Assembly: GCA_951406725.2 (NCBI GenBank)
Contig: OX597828.1
Coordinates: 31,062,001 to 31,126,000 of the forward strand
Reading direction: 5' to 3'
Origin: Octopus vulgaris
Lineage: Eukaryota
DNA length: 64,000 nucleotides
The position numbers and the translations under genes are program-made. Positions 12,850-27,441 of the stretch are shown piece by piece. The notes beneath the pieces were generated by a model. That model did not search any database. It saw nothing but the letters and a program-made list of their open reading frames with translations, and had not been told where the DNA came from. Within the stretch, counting starts at the first letter, position 1. Every line of letters starts with the position of its first letter.

Positions 12850-15659
12850 AATCTGTTCTGTTTGCTAATTTGTGCGCTTATAACTCGAGTATTGTTCATA
12901 TGATCGCGCTGAAATTTTAAACATGGATGCATGTTTAATCTAAAGTGGCTTTTAGAATTGTTAGTTTCAAAGTGAGAGTCGCCATTTTTTAATCTGTAAG
13001 TTCCACAATTAAAACAACCCGTTGCTCAGAGAGCCGGCACACGCCATTTCGCTAGCAACAAGGGGAGTGCAGGATGACAGTCAGCCAAAATCGTCGCTAT
13101 GCTGTCTCTCTTTTTTCCTCTCTCTGTGGGGTTAATAATCTTAATCTTTAGTTTCAGTTTCTCTTTCAAACTACGTAATATGCATAGTTACCGGATTAAG
13201 ACAATGGGGTGTTTTGAGAGAGATTTGGCTGCTATTTCTAACAGGTTTATCTACTATGTAGAGGTCTGCCTCATTGCTATTATATATTCCTTATGTTTTC
13301 CAAAACCGAGTCACAGATTTTGACGTATGGAGTATCAAATGATTCAGTACTATTTTCGCTACAATTTATACTTAATTTTCATTCACATATTTGCATTTCA
13401 AAAATTTAACTTAACCTTTCCCATAAATCAACTATCGTAAAGTTTATATACGATGACGTCACATTACCTATTTGTGTCTGTACCTGAGAAGAAGTTAATC
13501 ATCAAGACACTCATCACTCTATGTTTCTCTCACCCTCTTTCTCTCTCACATACACACGTGCAAGCGCGCACACACACATACACATCCATTTCATATAGAC
13601 GTACATACATCTTTCACTTTCTTTCTCTGTTCTTTTCGCTTTATCTTCTTTCAGTTTCAGCTCTCTTGAAATGTATTTTGTACGTATTCAACTGCTTACA
13701 AAAATAGGGAATTAATGTATAATTTCTTTCCATGTTCATAATTTTTTATTAGCAGAAACAAGTATAAAGCATGGAGGATTGTAGAAGAGAGAGGTCCAAT
13801 AGAATAACTCTCAGAAACAGACTACGTACAAATTCGTTCAACACAACTCCTGAAGATGTTTTCAGATATGTTCCTTCCCATTCTTGTAAAAATAATAACT
13901 CTGTCCAAATTGGTGTGCTAAACACAATTTTTCTGTAGAGCTTTCAAATTTTCAAATGAAGCAAATGGTATGTGCTTCTCACTTGGTCATGTAACATTGC
14001 CAACACTACCAGCTCCCTCTCAACCCCTTATGGATCTTCTAGAATGCATTTCTATCCAGTTAAAGGGTTTTCTGAACAATATCAGACAATACAATTCTGC
14101 AAATGACATCGTTTGGTGCATCTAAGAAGATAGATAAATATGGATTTACCAAAACCGACAAGCTGTCCCTAGAAACTGACATGAAGAGACGTAATAAAAA
14201 AAAATACCTCAATACTCAATAACAAGGAAAACAGTGACCTAAAAGAGAACACTATTTTTGAAGTAAAACGAGCATGTGTTCGCAGCATATTAATCCACGT
14301 CAGTGACACATAGGACGTCTGCTTCAGAGGGGAAGGGAAATTCAATACCATCCCCTGACAATCGTGAGATGAATTCTGAAAACTCAAATAGAACGTTCGA
14401 GTCACACACATCATGGTTTTGGTTCGAGTGCAAACTCCACCCACTTGATCGTACCGCAGCCTATATTTGCCCCTTTTGATTATCCATATACACCACGTAT
14501 TGGAAAGAGGGAATTCAAAAGACCTAATAAATGGTGAGCTCGGCCCCAGCACCAGAACGATTCAAAATTGCTCCCAAGAATATTATTCTAGTTTCCATGC
14601 AAAGAAACTAAACTTTCACACGATTGTGAATTAGAAGCAAGTGAAAGAACTTCAGTCAATACAGTTAAGTAGATCGGAATAACTTTTATGTAAAATTGAG
14701 GATAATCAATCAATGTCTCTGTGTACATTTCACAGCCACTGTTGAATCTGTTATTTCTATTACAAATTTCGTCTCTGCAATATGATTGTGTTTATTAATT
14801 ATAGATATATTTGATTAGTGCACCGCAGGTAGTTCTCTGCTAAATGTGTAGCACTCTTTTGAATTAATATTCATGATTCTGAAAATTCAATTTCCTTCAT
14901 GTCTTTTACATCTTATTTCATTATACACTCAAAAGAGAAATATTTGTAAGTGACATTTTCATCGTCAGCACTGCCACTGTAAATGATTATAAAATATTGT
15001 GTTTAACATCATGACAATTTCAGTGACCCTTTAAATTACATGTTTGCGAATATTTTACATTCTTTCAACAAAATATTTATTATATAAAAACATTTCACTT
15101 TTAGTATACAGTTCATTGCTTTCATGATATTAATATGCACATTGAAATCGTTGAGCTAATAGAGCTCAGAGCGTTCTTCTCGAACGAATTTTGGAAAGCG
15201 TATTATATAATGAGGTTTAACATACCTTGAATAAAAGAATCGAGGTAATGAACTGCAGGTAATTTTTGTGCTAGACTTTAGAAGTTGCAGTATGTTCTGT
15301 GAAGGAAAACATTATACTTGGCATTTCTTACATTATAACTGAATAATTCATTATTCGTGAAAGTGACCTCGGTAAAATGCTGCCAACATTTTGCTACATG
15401 ATATATCCCTTGATTTGCATGTGAACAATGGTTTGCCAAATATTATCAGAACCAGTAAATATATTCACACAAATAGTATATTTTCATAAGTTACACATAA
15501 CTGTTCAGACACGGTACCTTTTTTTTTTTATTGAATTTTTGAAAAAAGCAATTTTCAATTAATCCACTAATTGCCTGAAACCTCATGTGCAGAAATTGTA
15601 TAGATTACAAAGAAGTGACAATATGCGAAAAATAATTTATCTTACAATAGTAAAGCTTG

Positions 15660-15880
15660 TCGTTACGTTACCTAGCCCGTCGGTAACGATTTCACGTGAT
15701 TAGAGAAAAAGAAGAAAGAAAAAGAGAGAGAAAAGAAGGAGGGAGAAAAGGAGGGATAGAGAAAAGGGTCTATGCCATGAGGTAGAGGGAATGTAACTTT
15801 AACGCTTTCACGTGATTAGTTGAAGTGAAAGACAGAAAGTAGAAAAAGGAGAGAGAAAAAGAGAATAAGGCGAGGAGTGA
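15660..15880 (+). repeat. Purine-rich dimeric interspersed repeat (second copy at 57505-57800)
   Basis: Both loci carry gttac.tagccc..ggtaacg.tttcac.tgattagagaaaaaga..tgaggtaga.ggaa, with an internal repeat of taacg..cgtgattag. Confidence 0.7.
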
Positions 15881-15977
15881 AGACAAAAGAGTTATTAGAA
15901 TGTCTTAATAACGGTCAATTACACAGCAATTTCCCTTTGTTAAACTGTCATTTTCATAGCTTATTTTTCGATGGCCC

Positions 15978-16038
15978 GGTATCTGAAGAGATGCCGGCGT
16001 GGGTTTCCGCCCTGAAATGCGAAACTCGGAGTTTTATG
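15978..16038 (+). ncRNA. Hammerhead ribozyme in the upstream pLTR (core intact, stems eroded)
   Basis: tat-CTGAAGA-gatgccggcg..tgc-GAAA-ctcggag-TT-ttat. Confidence 0.6.
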
Positions 16039-18055
16039 AAGGCTACCGAATAATTGTCACATATTATATTTACAGATAAATTCCTCGGTTTAGGAAGGGC
16101 ATTATACATTTGATGGATCGGTTTAGGAAGGGCATTATGCATTTGATGAAAACTTTCGGATTTAGCATAACTACAGGCGGCAACCTGACGGTTGTTAATT
16201 TCCTGGATGTATCTGTAGATCTAAATAAGAATATTTATAAGCATTATAGGAAGCCCAACGATAGACTTAGTTATATTAATGTGGGTTCCTGCCATCCCCG
16301 ATAGTGACTAAAAATTTAGTTAAAAACATTAGCAACACTTTTATAGCCTTTCCTCCGATAGGGACATTTTTATAGCGTTGCCCTAGACTCTAAAAGATAG
16401 TGAATTTAGCGAGGAAATAACCTATGCACCAGTCACCAGTCCAATAATATAGAAAAGGAAACATAGGAATAGGAAAACTATCTGGTTCACACACCCCTAC
16501 TCATCCGAGGTGACCTTTAATACAGGCAAGTATTTCTTAGCATTGAGAGATAGACATTTTCCAGTAAACCATTGTTACAGAAAGCTCTTCAATAGACATA
16601 ATTTAACAATCAGTTTGACCTCAACTATTAATTTTATAAGTATAATCGCACACAACACATAAAAGCTACAATATGAAACCAGCTGTTCATGCAGGGGAAA
16701 ACATTTATATTCTCATCCACCCTCACTTGAAACACACACAAGCTCACACACACATTCGCCGAAAAATATATCCATACCTGCATCCACGCTCACACACACA
16801 CACGCACACACGCAAAAAATAGATTCATACAAACGTCTAAACGGAGCTTGCATGTCAGAGACTATCATTTATGAAGCCACCGTGGACTCTATGTCCATTA
16901 AGGACACGGTTTCCAAGTAGAAATACGTGGGCCTTACAGGGAGTAATTTCAAGGCTAGGTTCAATTATCACACATTGAGCTTCAGGTACTGGGATAAAAG
17001 GAATATGACCAAATTATCCAGTCATATATAGTCCTTCAAAAATAAAGGTGTCAGTTACAACATCCATCGAAATATATTAGCCAAGTGTAAGCCCTACACC
17101 AACGGCAGTAGAAAGTGCGGTCTTTGTGATATGGAAAGATGGCTCCTCTGGAAAAGCAGATTAGACCTCACCACATGTCTAAATTCAAGAACTGAACTTT
17201 TCGAATTATGTCCCTGTGTAGCTAAATATTTCTTACGTTTTGGGGCCCGCCAAGATTACAGATAGAAATTGCTTTCTCTATTGTGTCCACGTACAAGCGT
17301 TTTATCTCTCTATACTTTTTACTTATATTTCTTATATATATTTTTATATTTTTTTATATATTTTTACATATTTATAGAGATATTGTTTATAGGTTTATTG
17401 CTCATATATTTTTTACACATATTTTTCCTGTAATCTACCTTCCACCATCCATTTTTTCTGTGCGTATATAGACATGGAATTTTTGGTGCGCGCGTGTGGA
17501 TGTATGCGGGTGTGCGGATATGTGCATATATAGATGTGTGTGTGTGTGTGTTAGTGTGCATGCGAGTGTAGGCGTATATAGACGAGTGTGGGTATGTGCG
17601 TATATAGATGTGTGTATGTGCGTGCATGCGAGTATGTCTTCATATAGATGTTTCTTAGTTTTATTACTTATTTTTTACACCTTTTTAGAAATTGTTCTAT
17701 ATTTTACCTGTATATAGACGTTTGTATGAATCTATTTTTTGCGCGCGTGTGTGTGTGTGTGTGACCGTGCATGCGGGTATGGATATATATTATTTGGCGA
17801 ATGTGTGTGTGAGCTTGTGTGTGTTCCAAGTGAGGGAGGATGAGAATATACATATAGGTGCATATACGTGGGTGTGTGGTCGCCTATGTGGATATATGCA
17901 AATGTGCGCTTACTGGATTACTATGAACTTTGCCACTCCCTTACTTTTACTCCCTCCCCTTACTTAGCGGTAATTCTAATAGCTCTTTTGTCTAAATAAC
18001 GGTCAATAACATAGTAATTTAACCGTCATTTTCATAGCATTTTACTCAATGGCGT

Positions 18056-18115
18056 GATAACTGAAGAGATGCCGGCGTGGGTTTCCGACCCAACATCCGA
18101 AACTCGGAGTTTTAT
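18056..18115 (+). ncRNA. Hammerhead ribozyme in the downstream pLTR
   Basis: ataa-CTGAAGA-gatg..tgggt ttccg accca..catc-c-GAAA-ctc g gag-TT-ttat. Stem I ataa/ttat, GUU triplet. Confidence 0.75.
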
Positions 18116-18136
18116 TATGGCTACCGAATAATTGTC

Positions 18137-18174
<38 letters not shown>

Positions 18175-19015
18175 CGTAGTTTTTGTCTCTTTTTTTTTTC
18201 AGGGTATTTTAACCATGATTAATTTCTATTTCTCTAGGATAGAGACATTTTCGACAGCTACTGATTCTACAGGAAATAGTAGACAAAAGCCCACATATTG
18301 GATTTCATCATCACCAGAAAAGTGATAACACATATCTAACTCCGATACATTCGTTATCTACACAGTCTGAAACTTATCCCAATTGTGTAAATATGGCATG
18401 AATATATACATACATAGAATAGGATGTCTATCTGGATTCATGTCGTTATGATATATATATATATATATATATTATATATTTTACATATACATGCAGATAT
18501 AAGAAAAGAAAAACACGTGCGTGTGTAGTATGTGTATTTGTATATGTACTGAGGAATATTTGTTTGATAAGAAATATACAATACAGATATTATTTTGAAG
18601 TAATCTAAATGAATAAATTACTGTGATATAATGATCTTCTGAGTGTATATTAATGTTATTTGATGGAAACAAAGGAATCTCTTTATAGAAAAATCTTATT
18701 TTTCTTGTAGGCGATTTCCTTCCTCTTCTCCGTATGTAGATATAATACTAGAAGTTTAATAGAATACATTTCGATATACGTTTGTGTGAAATAATTTTGA
18801 TATCGCAGTATGTCATTTTGAAAACCTATTATGAAGCATGTATAATCTATTATTATAAAATAATATATGTGATAAAAACGCAGTGTAACGTTCACCAATT
18901 TCAATTATGAAATGCATGCTGCTTGTCCCAGAAAAGAATATAAGAAGCAACGTTTCTTCATATCACTGAAGTACATGGTTAAACAAGTCCAGTGCAAAGA
19001 ATAAATACATACATA

Positions 19016-19081
<66 letters not shown>

Positions 19082-19329
19082 TGCTTATCGTTCATTGCCG
19101 GGTCGCAGCAAAAATTTCTCACTAAATCAAGGGCTAAGTTTCTTATCACATTTCAGCCCGGGTCAGTTTTGCTATTCATGAGCTAGTAGGAGCTTTTTTG
19201 AGGGTAATTAATATTCATTCGACTGGAATAATCATGCATAATTAGCGGTCAAGAGTAAAATTATCTCTGTCCAATCAAAAAACAGCTGGCAGTCGTTTAG
19301 CCTATCTAGATGTACGCACGCACGGCTTA

Positions 19330-19590
19330 CAAATTTCTATGTTTTAGGGATTTTGAATGGATATGCCCATAACTTATGGGTATAAGGGGTCGGTTTATCG
19401 AGTTTTATAATGGGTTTCTGGGGTGACTGGGGAAATGAAATGATCTTCACGACCACACTCAGACAATTTTGAAAACCCATAGAAAATACGAGCCTTTTAC
19501 GTGAAAACCTGTGGATTTGTATAAAGGACACGGAGACACACAGACACACAGACACACAGACATTTTGCCGTTTATATATATATATATTCA
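19330..19590 (-). mobile_element. Possible non-autonomous Helitron-like 5' fragment
   Basis: Minus strand starts tatatataaacggcaaaatgtctgtgtgtctgtgtgtc, resembling invertebrate Helitron 5' ends. No matching 3' end was confirmed. Confidence 0.3.
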
Positions 19591-19616
19591 CACACACACA
19601 TAAACGCACACACACA

Positions 19617-19703
<87 letters not shown>

Positions 19704-22184
19704 ATATATATACGTAAATAACTCCCTATCCACTGCAATAAAGAAGAAAAGAATATATATTTATTGATTTTATGATTAAATAATTTCGAGTTTTATTATT
19801 CCTCTATGCTAGGTGACTTTGCTATTATATATTGGGGTCGAATGCACTCTATCTTACTCAAATCGTAATGCTACATTCCATGGAATGAAGAATATAACTG
19901 GGTGGTATGTGTTATTGGAGCTGTATAAAACTGTGCTGCGTATCATGGATAGCTCGTCGTGTCAAAGTAGGTTAAATCGCTGCTTTAAATGCCCTAACAT
20001 GCATATTTCATGAACCGCATGTGGTGATGAATGACAAAAAATATTCCAAAGTTCTTGAGATAAACCACTGAAATTATCTCTCATTATTTCTAAATTCGAA
20101 TGGTGGTGGTTAGCCATGAACTTCAACTTCAAGGATCTAAATTTACTTTCGCATTATTAGTTGGCTGAACAAACACAGTGCTTTTGAAGTTGCTGATGGA
20201 ATTTCTTTGATCTCTTCAGTTACCGGTATTAAAAATAAATTTATTTAAATATCATTTTACACAATTAGAAAATAAAAGCTTTGTCCCTACTTCCCTGTGA
20301 ATCGCCCATATAAATGCAACGCGTCTCTTGTACAAAATATCTAATACAAAATTAATATACATTAAATGGCTCATAAAGATCATAGCATACTTTGTATGCA
20401 CATCATTCTGCACAGACGGTATTGTAAAACATCAGAATTACTGAAGCCAACCTTTGCCTCAGGTATAAGAGCTCAGAAAGCCGATTTGGAATGCAAAGAG
20501 CTTTAAACTGTTATTTGGCAATCAAATCATTTCTAATTAAAAATCCATTATTGATAACACCATTAACACTTTCAAATGATTAGTATTTTCTTGACGGCAA
20601 CAAATTCACTAAGGACGTGATTTTGATTGATATCGATTTTCTGCTAATAAGAAATAACACTGCGTGACATCCATGTCATTCCAGAGGGCATTAGGGACGT
20701 ATGGTATTTAAAATAACACTAGCTGTGTATTAGGCAGGAGAACTGAACACGAAATATTTGTTATTCTTGTGCGAAATACATGATTACTTTCATGTAAAGT
20801 ATTTACGCTAGTCACAGAAAGATTCCCAAATAGTTAATATTTAATCAGTCAACATATGCATTGGACAGGCATAATCAATAGACTGGCGGTGGTTTTTAGC
20901 TGTACATCTGTACGTTCCGCGTTCGAACGATTATAAGGTTTGATAAAATAAATGCCAGTCAAGTACAAAAATCGATTAACTGAATTGACTCTTCTCAATA
21001 TTTCAGCCATTGCAATAATATTACAGAGCAATAATTAATATTCTAAAATATGCAGAGCGTTGGGCAAAATTCGTTTTGAACTTCGTGGCATAAACTCACT
21101 TTCTAAGCTCAAATGACAACAATATTTCTTTTTCATCCTTAAAATGTTTAATTAACCACTTGTCAATTATAGATATTTCTTTAATCCACTCCTTCCTGAA
21201 CAACAAATTAAGCTCTATGTATAATGCAATAAAATATATAATTAACAAACTAATTATTGTTTGCATTTGTAGGTTGGTTAAGTCTTGGACAAAATGCTTC
21301 CGTTTATGACCTGATTAAAATTCCAATGATATTAAATTTACCCTACAGATGTTTTTGATAAATGTCAATCTGTGATGATCTATCCGTATAATCGGCAACA
21401 CGACATCTGTATTGAATCTAAACAATTATATTATTAAAGAGGGCGAATTAAAAGAAGAGAACGATAAAGAATACACGCTGAAAGCCCTCACAGTATTCAA
21501 GTCTGTTCTTTTATTTCTTCACATGCACTACATTCAGTTCGTAGAAATAACTACAAACCTTTTATCCCGCGATCGACTTATTTGAGCAAAACAAATACTA
21601 CAGAAATGTGTACTTAAATTTATCATCGCATGAAAACAATGAGAGATCTTATAAAATTTATCAAGGTAATGTGAGTGCTGTAAACACTTTTCTAAGTAGC
21701 AATCACACTTGTATAATTCAATACATCAATATGTATTCACATGTGTATTCAATATTTTCTTTTGTTTCACAGGAAAATATAGGTTTTTTTCAATATTTCT
21801 ATTATCAGAGGCCAATAAACTCTTTTGCTTTTTTACTTATTTCTTATGGTGAGAGACAAAATATGAAAGAAAATTGAAAAAGAAATGTAACACGGCTGTC
21901 GACACTGGCTGAATCCTTAAACCTTGGACATGCGATGAAAACACTTCTGCACAATTGCGAAAGGTTAATAGTTCTTTTAACTATAAAGATTGGAAATATA
22001 TGTAGAAAGTTCGGTGAGCCATGCAGACATTAAATGAAAATAAAGCCAGAGAGAAAGGGGCATGCGTTAGACTATCATAATTGAATTAGTTGATGCACTC
22101 TTTATTCATAATACCGAACAAACCAGAGAAGTTTTGATATTTCACAGAAAATACTTTCAGAGACATAAACAATAATCATTTCGA

Positions 22185-22350
22185 TTATAGGGACATGGTC
22201 TGAAATTTCCTGGTTACCATATTATCCGATTATGAACCCTAAGGAACGACAGATAAGTCTTTTGTCGACCCCCGAAAGGATGGAAATGCAAATTCGACCT
22301 TGTCAGTATTTGAACTCAAAATGCAACTTTCTCGGCACAATAAAGATTCT
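22185..22350 (-). mobile_element. Old SINE family C remnant
   Basis: gtcgacccccgaaaggatggaaatgcaaattcgacc..atttgaactc is the reverse complement of the 45180-45235 core. Confidence 0.65.
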
Positions 22351-23982
22351 GCTAGTCCGCTGTATTTGTGATAGGGAATAACTAAACGCACAAGCAATAC
22401 ACGTGTAATTATTTTCAGGAAGCAGATTTGTGCAATTGTAAATTAATCGCATTAGAAATACCTCGCCGTAGCGTCCACGATATTATTATGTATTGATAAA
22501 ATTCTTGGAACATATAGCGTCATTAGTTATAGCTTTCTTCCACTCCGAACTCTGTGATCATGTATGCTTGAGTGCAGACAAGTTTGATATGAAAGCCTGT
22601 TTCTATATGTGTACATATGTATATACGTGTATGTCTTACCGTTCATACGTGTAATAACATCAACCATCCTATCATAATCTTCGACATCGATAATTAGATG
22701 GGTTTAATTCCCTTGTAATATATTAGTGCACATTTTCTATCGGTTTTATTAAATTATATGTACAGCTACCGAAGCATTTTGTCGAAATTTATATAGCTAC
22801 ACACAACTAATCTCATTGATGCAGATTAGCCAATTTACCGAGGTCACTGTGTTCTTACTTTGAGAAATTTCTTTCTTGAAATCTTACTGAAATGTTCTCA
22901 TCACTACTGATGTATCATTAGGAACCACTTTCTTTCTAAACACATCGTTATATCGTGGAGATAGCCACGATATGAAACTGTCACACGTTAGATTTTATCA
23001 TTGACACGTGACCGCCCTGAACAATATATTATTGACAAGGAACAGCCAAATTCCATTGATGTAAGAAAAAATTCATTTGTATTAATTAAAATCAAATTCT
23101 GTATGCCACTTTCAGTATCTTGTCTCTTCTGCTGTACTCAAGGAATACAATGGAAACCAAAAAGATATTTTGAATATACATTTATCTCAAGTATTGTTAA
23201 GAAATTGCTGAATAGCTAGAAGCTCGTTTAAACTAAATTTAAGTCTTTCAAGCGTAGTATTCTCAACTCATTTCTCCAAGAGAGAAGTTATGAATAACAT
23301 ACATTTCACAAGAGAAACAATGCCCTACGTTCAATATATGCCAGAGCAGAATCAGTATATCAAAAATGTCAATATTAGAGCTGCAGTAAAAACACACACA
23401 CACAAACACACACACAAACACACACACACACACACACACATATTCCAATAGGGATATCCTATCCTTTAATTTCTCGTGCCGAGGACGATGACTTGGGCTT
23501 CTCGTGATGTGAATGTTACCTCTATTGCAAAACTACATTCTGGTCCAAGAGGTAAATCTTGTATGCATATATGTCCTCTACATAGTGAAAATAATTATCT
23601 TCCGGATATTTTGATTTGCATTCGACAGTATTTCAGTTTTGAGAATGTTCTTCTGGAGAAGAATGAAATGATGGCGGGATGACAACAAAAGGACTACTTC
23701 GTAATTGATCATGTATTACCGCCTCTGCACACAAACGCAGCAATTGATCATACATATACAGCTTATTGACGTTTAGTTAGTAGATTGTGTTTAAGACGGT
23801 ATAACTCCCTCTGGATACCTGCTGCTATATGCATCATATCGGATTTGTCCTCCCGATAGCTTTGTGTTACTCGTCGTTTGTACGGACCCAGTTAATGGTG
23901 ACAGTTTGTCATAATCGAAGATGGCTGCTCATCGCTTTCAAGTCATGTTTACCCGGCTCTTCGTATTGCATATGCATTCATA

Positions 23983-24029
<47 letters not shown>

Positions 24030-24167
24030 GAGTGTATTTTTACCTTGTTAACAATTAACACGGAAAAAAAAATAGTTACCAGGGCAGCAAAAATATATCG
24101 GTGGAATTTTCGAAACATGTGTCGAAAGTAAAAATATTTGATTACACCTGCGTTAACTCCATTTTTT

Positions 24168-24238
<71 letters not shown>

Positions 24239-24301
24239 GTTGTTTTCCTTTTATATGCTCAGACATATATGTATGTGTTTGTTTTGTGCGTGTGTGTGTT
24301 T

Positions 24302-24341
<40 letters not shown>

Positions 24342-24384
24342 CGTGTTAGTGTGTGAGTGTGTGTGTCTGTATGTATATATGTAT

Positions 24385-26360
24385 ATATTGATAGAAATAG
24401 CCAGAAAACAAACGAATGAAAGAGACGTCGATATTATGTAAATAGAGTAATTTATCTGTAAATATACAATGTGACAATTATTCGGTATCCATGATAAAAC
24501 TCCGTGTTTCGCATGTCGGGGCAGAAACCAACGCCGGCATCTCTGCGGTTATCCGTCCACCGAAAAAAAATGCTATGGAAATGATCATTAAAAGAAAGGG
24601 AAATTACTGTGTGATTGACCGTTATTAAAGCAAAAGAGCTATTAAAATGACCGCTAAGTAAGGGGAGGGAGTAAAGGTAAGTTATCGCGTAAGCGCGCAT
24701 GTGCATACCTACACATGCGTGACCGCACAGCCACGTACATGCGCCTATATGTATACGCTCGTCCACCCTAACTTGAAATACACACATGCTCACCGACATA
24801 TTTGTCAAAAAATACATACATACCCGCATACACGCTCGCAAACAAAAAAAAAGGTTCATAAATATGTCTATGCACAAGAAAAGGGCTAAAAAGAAGCAAT
24901 AAGAGTAAAACACATCTCTATACGCACATACTCGCATGCACGCACACACACACGTCTATATACGCATATACCCGCACACATGCACACATTCAACGGGCAC
25001 ACAATAAATTCCATATACACGTCTATATTTGCACTGGGAAAATGCATGGTGGAAGGTACAATACAGAAAGAGGATGTGTAAGAAAAAATATATGAGCAAT
25101 AAAACTATAAACCAATATATCTATCAATATGTAAAAAAATATATTAAAAATATATAAGATATATAATACAAAGTATAAGGAGAAAAATGCTTGTATGCGG
25201 ACACAATATAGAAAGCAAGTCCCATCTGTAATCTCGGGGGGGGGGGGGAACCAAAAGGTAACAAATATTTAGCCACACGTGGACATAATTCGAAAAGTTC
25301 AGTTCTTGAATTTAGACATGTAGTGGGATCTAAGCTGCTTTTCCAAGGGAGCCATCTTTCCATATCACAAAGACCGCACTTTCCACTACCGTTGGTGTAG
25401 GTCTTACACTTGGCTAAGATCTTCCGATGGATGTTGTAACTGACACCTTTATCTTTTAAGGACCATATAATTACTGGATAAGGTGGTCATTTTCCTTTTA
25501 TCCCAGTGCTTGAATTTCAAGGTGTGATTATTGAACCTGGCCTTGAAATTACTCTCTGTAAGGCCCACGTATTTTTTCGTAGAAACCGTGTCCATAATGG
25601 ATATAGAGTCCTCAGTGGCTTCATAAATGATGGTCTCGGACATGCAAGCTCCGTTTAGCGGGCACAGATCTTTTTCCGTGCATGAACAGCTGGTTTCATA
25701 TAGTGTTTTTTGTGTATTTTGTGCGATTATGTTTTTAAAATTAATAGTTGAGGTGAAACTGGTTTTAAAGTTATGACTATTGAAGTGCTTTCTGTAACTA
25801 TGGTTGATTAGAAAATGTCTATCAATGCTAAGAAATACTTGTCTATATTAAAGGTCACTTCGGGTGAGTATGGGTGTGCGAACCAGATAGTTTTCCTACT
25901 CTTATGTCTCCTTTTCTTTATTATTGGACTGGTGGCAGGTGTATAGTTATTTCCTCGCTAAATCCACTATCTTTTAGAGCCTTATTCTGTACTGGGGCAA
26001 CGCTATTACAAATGTTCCCATCAGAGGAGAGGCTAGACATTATTTTGCTAATGTTTTTAACTAAATTTTTAAATAGCATGGGGGAATGGCAGGAACCCAC
26101 ATGAATATAGGTAAGTCTATCATTAGGCTTCCCACAAAGTTTATATATATTCTTATTTAGATCTAAGGATACAGCTAGGAATTTGACAACCGTCAGGTTG
26201 GTATCTGTAGTTATGGTAAAACCGAAAGTTTTCATCAACTGGATAATGTCCATCCTAAACCGATCCTATGCTGGTCCATTTGTATTTGCGGTGACATCTA
26301 GGGTATCATCTTTGTAAACGACGAAGTACATGCCAGGACATGTCTTTCCCAAAGCCATTG
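24385..26360 (-). mobile_element. Penelope-like retroelement (same family as 15882-18139), 5'-truncated and decayed
   Basis: RT YKDD motif (26305-26316) and VKFLAVSLDL..KPNDRLTYIHVGSCHS. Linker CSCTEKDLCPLNGAC. GIY-YIG IIYEAT..KYVGLTESNFKARFNNH. The 3' pLTR has a mutated HHR core (CCGCAGA..GAAA, ~24495-24554). Confidence 0.92.
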
Positions 26361-27441
26361 AAGTTACGGAGATATGCAATCTTTCCCATAACCAAATTAG
26401 AAAACATCTGCTAAAATAACACTAGTTCTTCTATATCAGACAAATATCTGACAGATGTAATATATAATCCACGGATATTTTAGAATTTTTGTCGACGAAC
26501 TCTTTTGTACACTGCATCATTGGGAAACGCAAAGTTAGATACCATTTAACAATCGCCATAGGGAAATCATGGATTAACCATTTGCTGGATGACTATATTA
26601 TGGAGATAATCTCAATTGGTAAATAATAACACAACAAGCTTTTTAGGCAATAGAAAATATTCCATTTGTTTATTGGAAGGAACGGCATTTTATTGGAAGG
26701 AACGGTATTTTATTCCAATTTGTGATGTTTCTATAACAACGCACAGCAAACTGATAATTTATTGTGATACAACGGAACTCGTTCATTAATGTTTAGGTTT
26801 AAAATATTTTTAAATTCTAAAACGCGAGTCGATGACGATAGGATGTGTTTATTATGTTCATGCAAGGAAAACTTGTAATATGATCTGAGGGAGAAGAACA
26901 GAAAAGAAAGACCCATCGGAGTGATGTTACGCTCTGTTTACTCTGGGAATAAATCAATTTATTTTAAATATTCTTCCGGTCAATATTAAAACAGCTAATA
27001 CTCCATTTCCATAAGCGAACCAAACAACAACGTTTCTCATTAAATTAATAGCAGGAATCCATAGTTTTCATAACATCAAAGGTAATTAATAAAACCTGTA
27101 GTTGTTCCCTCTTGCCGACCAAATAACATAATTAGAATAAATTATGGAAATTAAAAGAATAGACAGGAAAAAAAGCAAGGGAAATCTTGATCTGAAAATA
27201 TTCTATCGGTATTTTAAAGAACAAATCTACATGTAATAGAAGCAAGGACACATACATACAGACATACACACTCATACATGTACAGACAAACACACACGTA
27301 TAACGGGCATGGCAGAAGAGCAATCGTGCAGCCAATATTGTCGATTAACTTATGTGGCTTTCTACGTTGTTACAATTGTAAAATGTCGTTATGAAATCAG
27401 CAGACATATTGCAGTCTATTGTGGTTTACATAAATTAAACA

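Larger units (their letters stand above)
15882..18139 (+). mobile_element. Penelope-like retroelement (PLE), decayed, with direct pseudo-LTRs (~15901-16082 and ~17990-18139)
   Basis: RT C-terminus VNFLDVSVDL..YRKPND..YINVGSCHP and KTIWFT.PYS. GIY-YIG endonuclease IIYEAT..KYVGLT..FKARF..H and KCGLC. Both pLTRs carry an HHR core. Multiple stops and frameshifts. Confidence 0.9.

Noticed and set aside
14169-14552. 127-aa ORF faintly like a BEL/Pao integrase (PLSNT..IKRG..CVTRTFYL)
   Set aside because: No catalytic D/D/E motif or flanking pol/LTR is visible; a profile search would be needed.
26670-26715. 20-bp tandem duplication
   Set aside because: Two units only with no spacers; ordinary slippage and not a CRISPR array.
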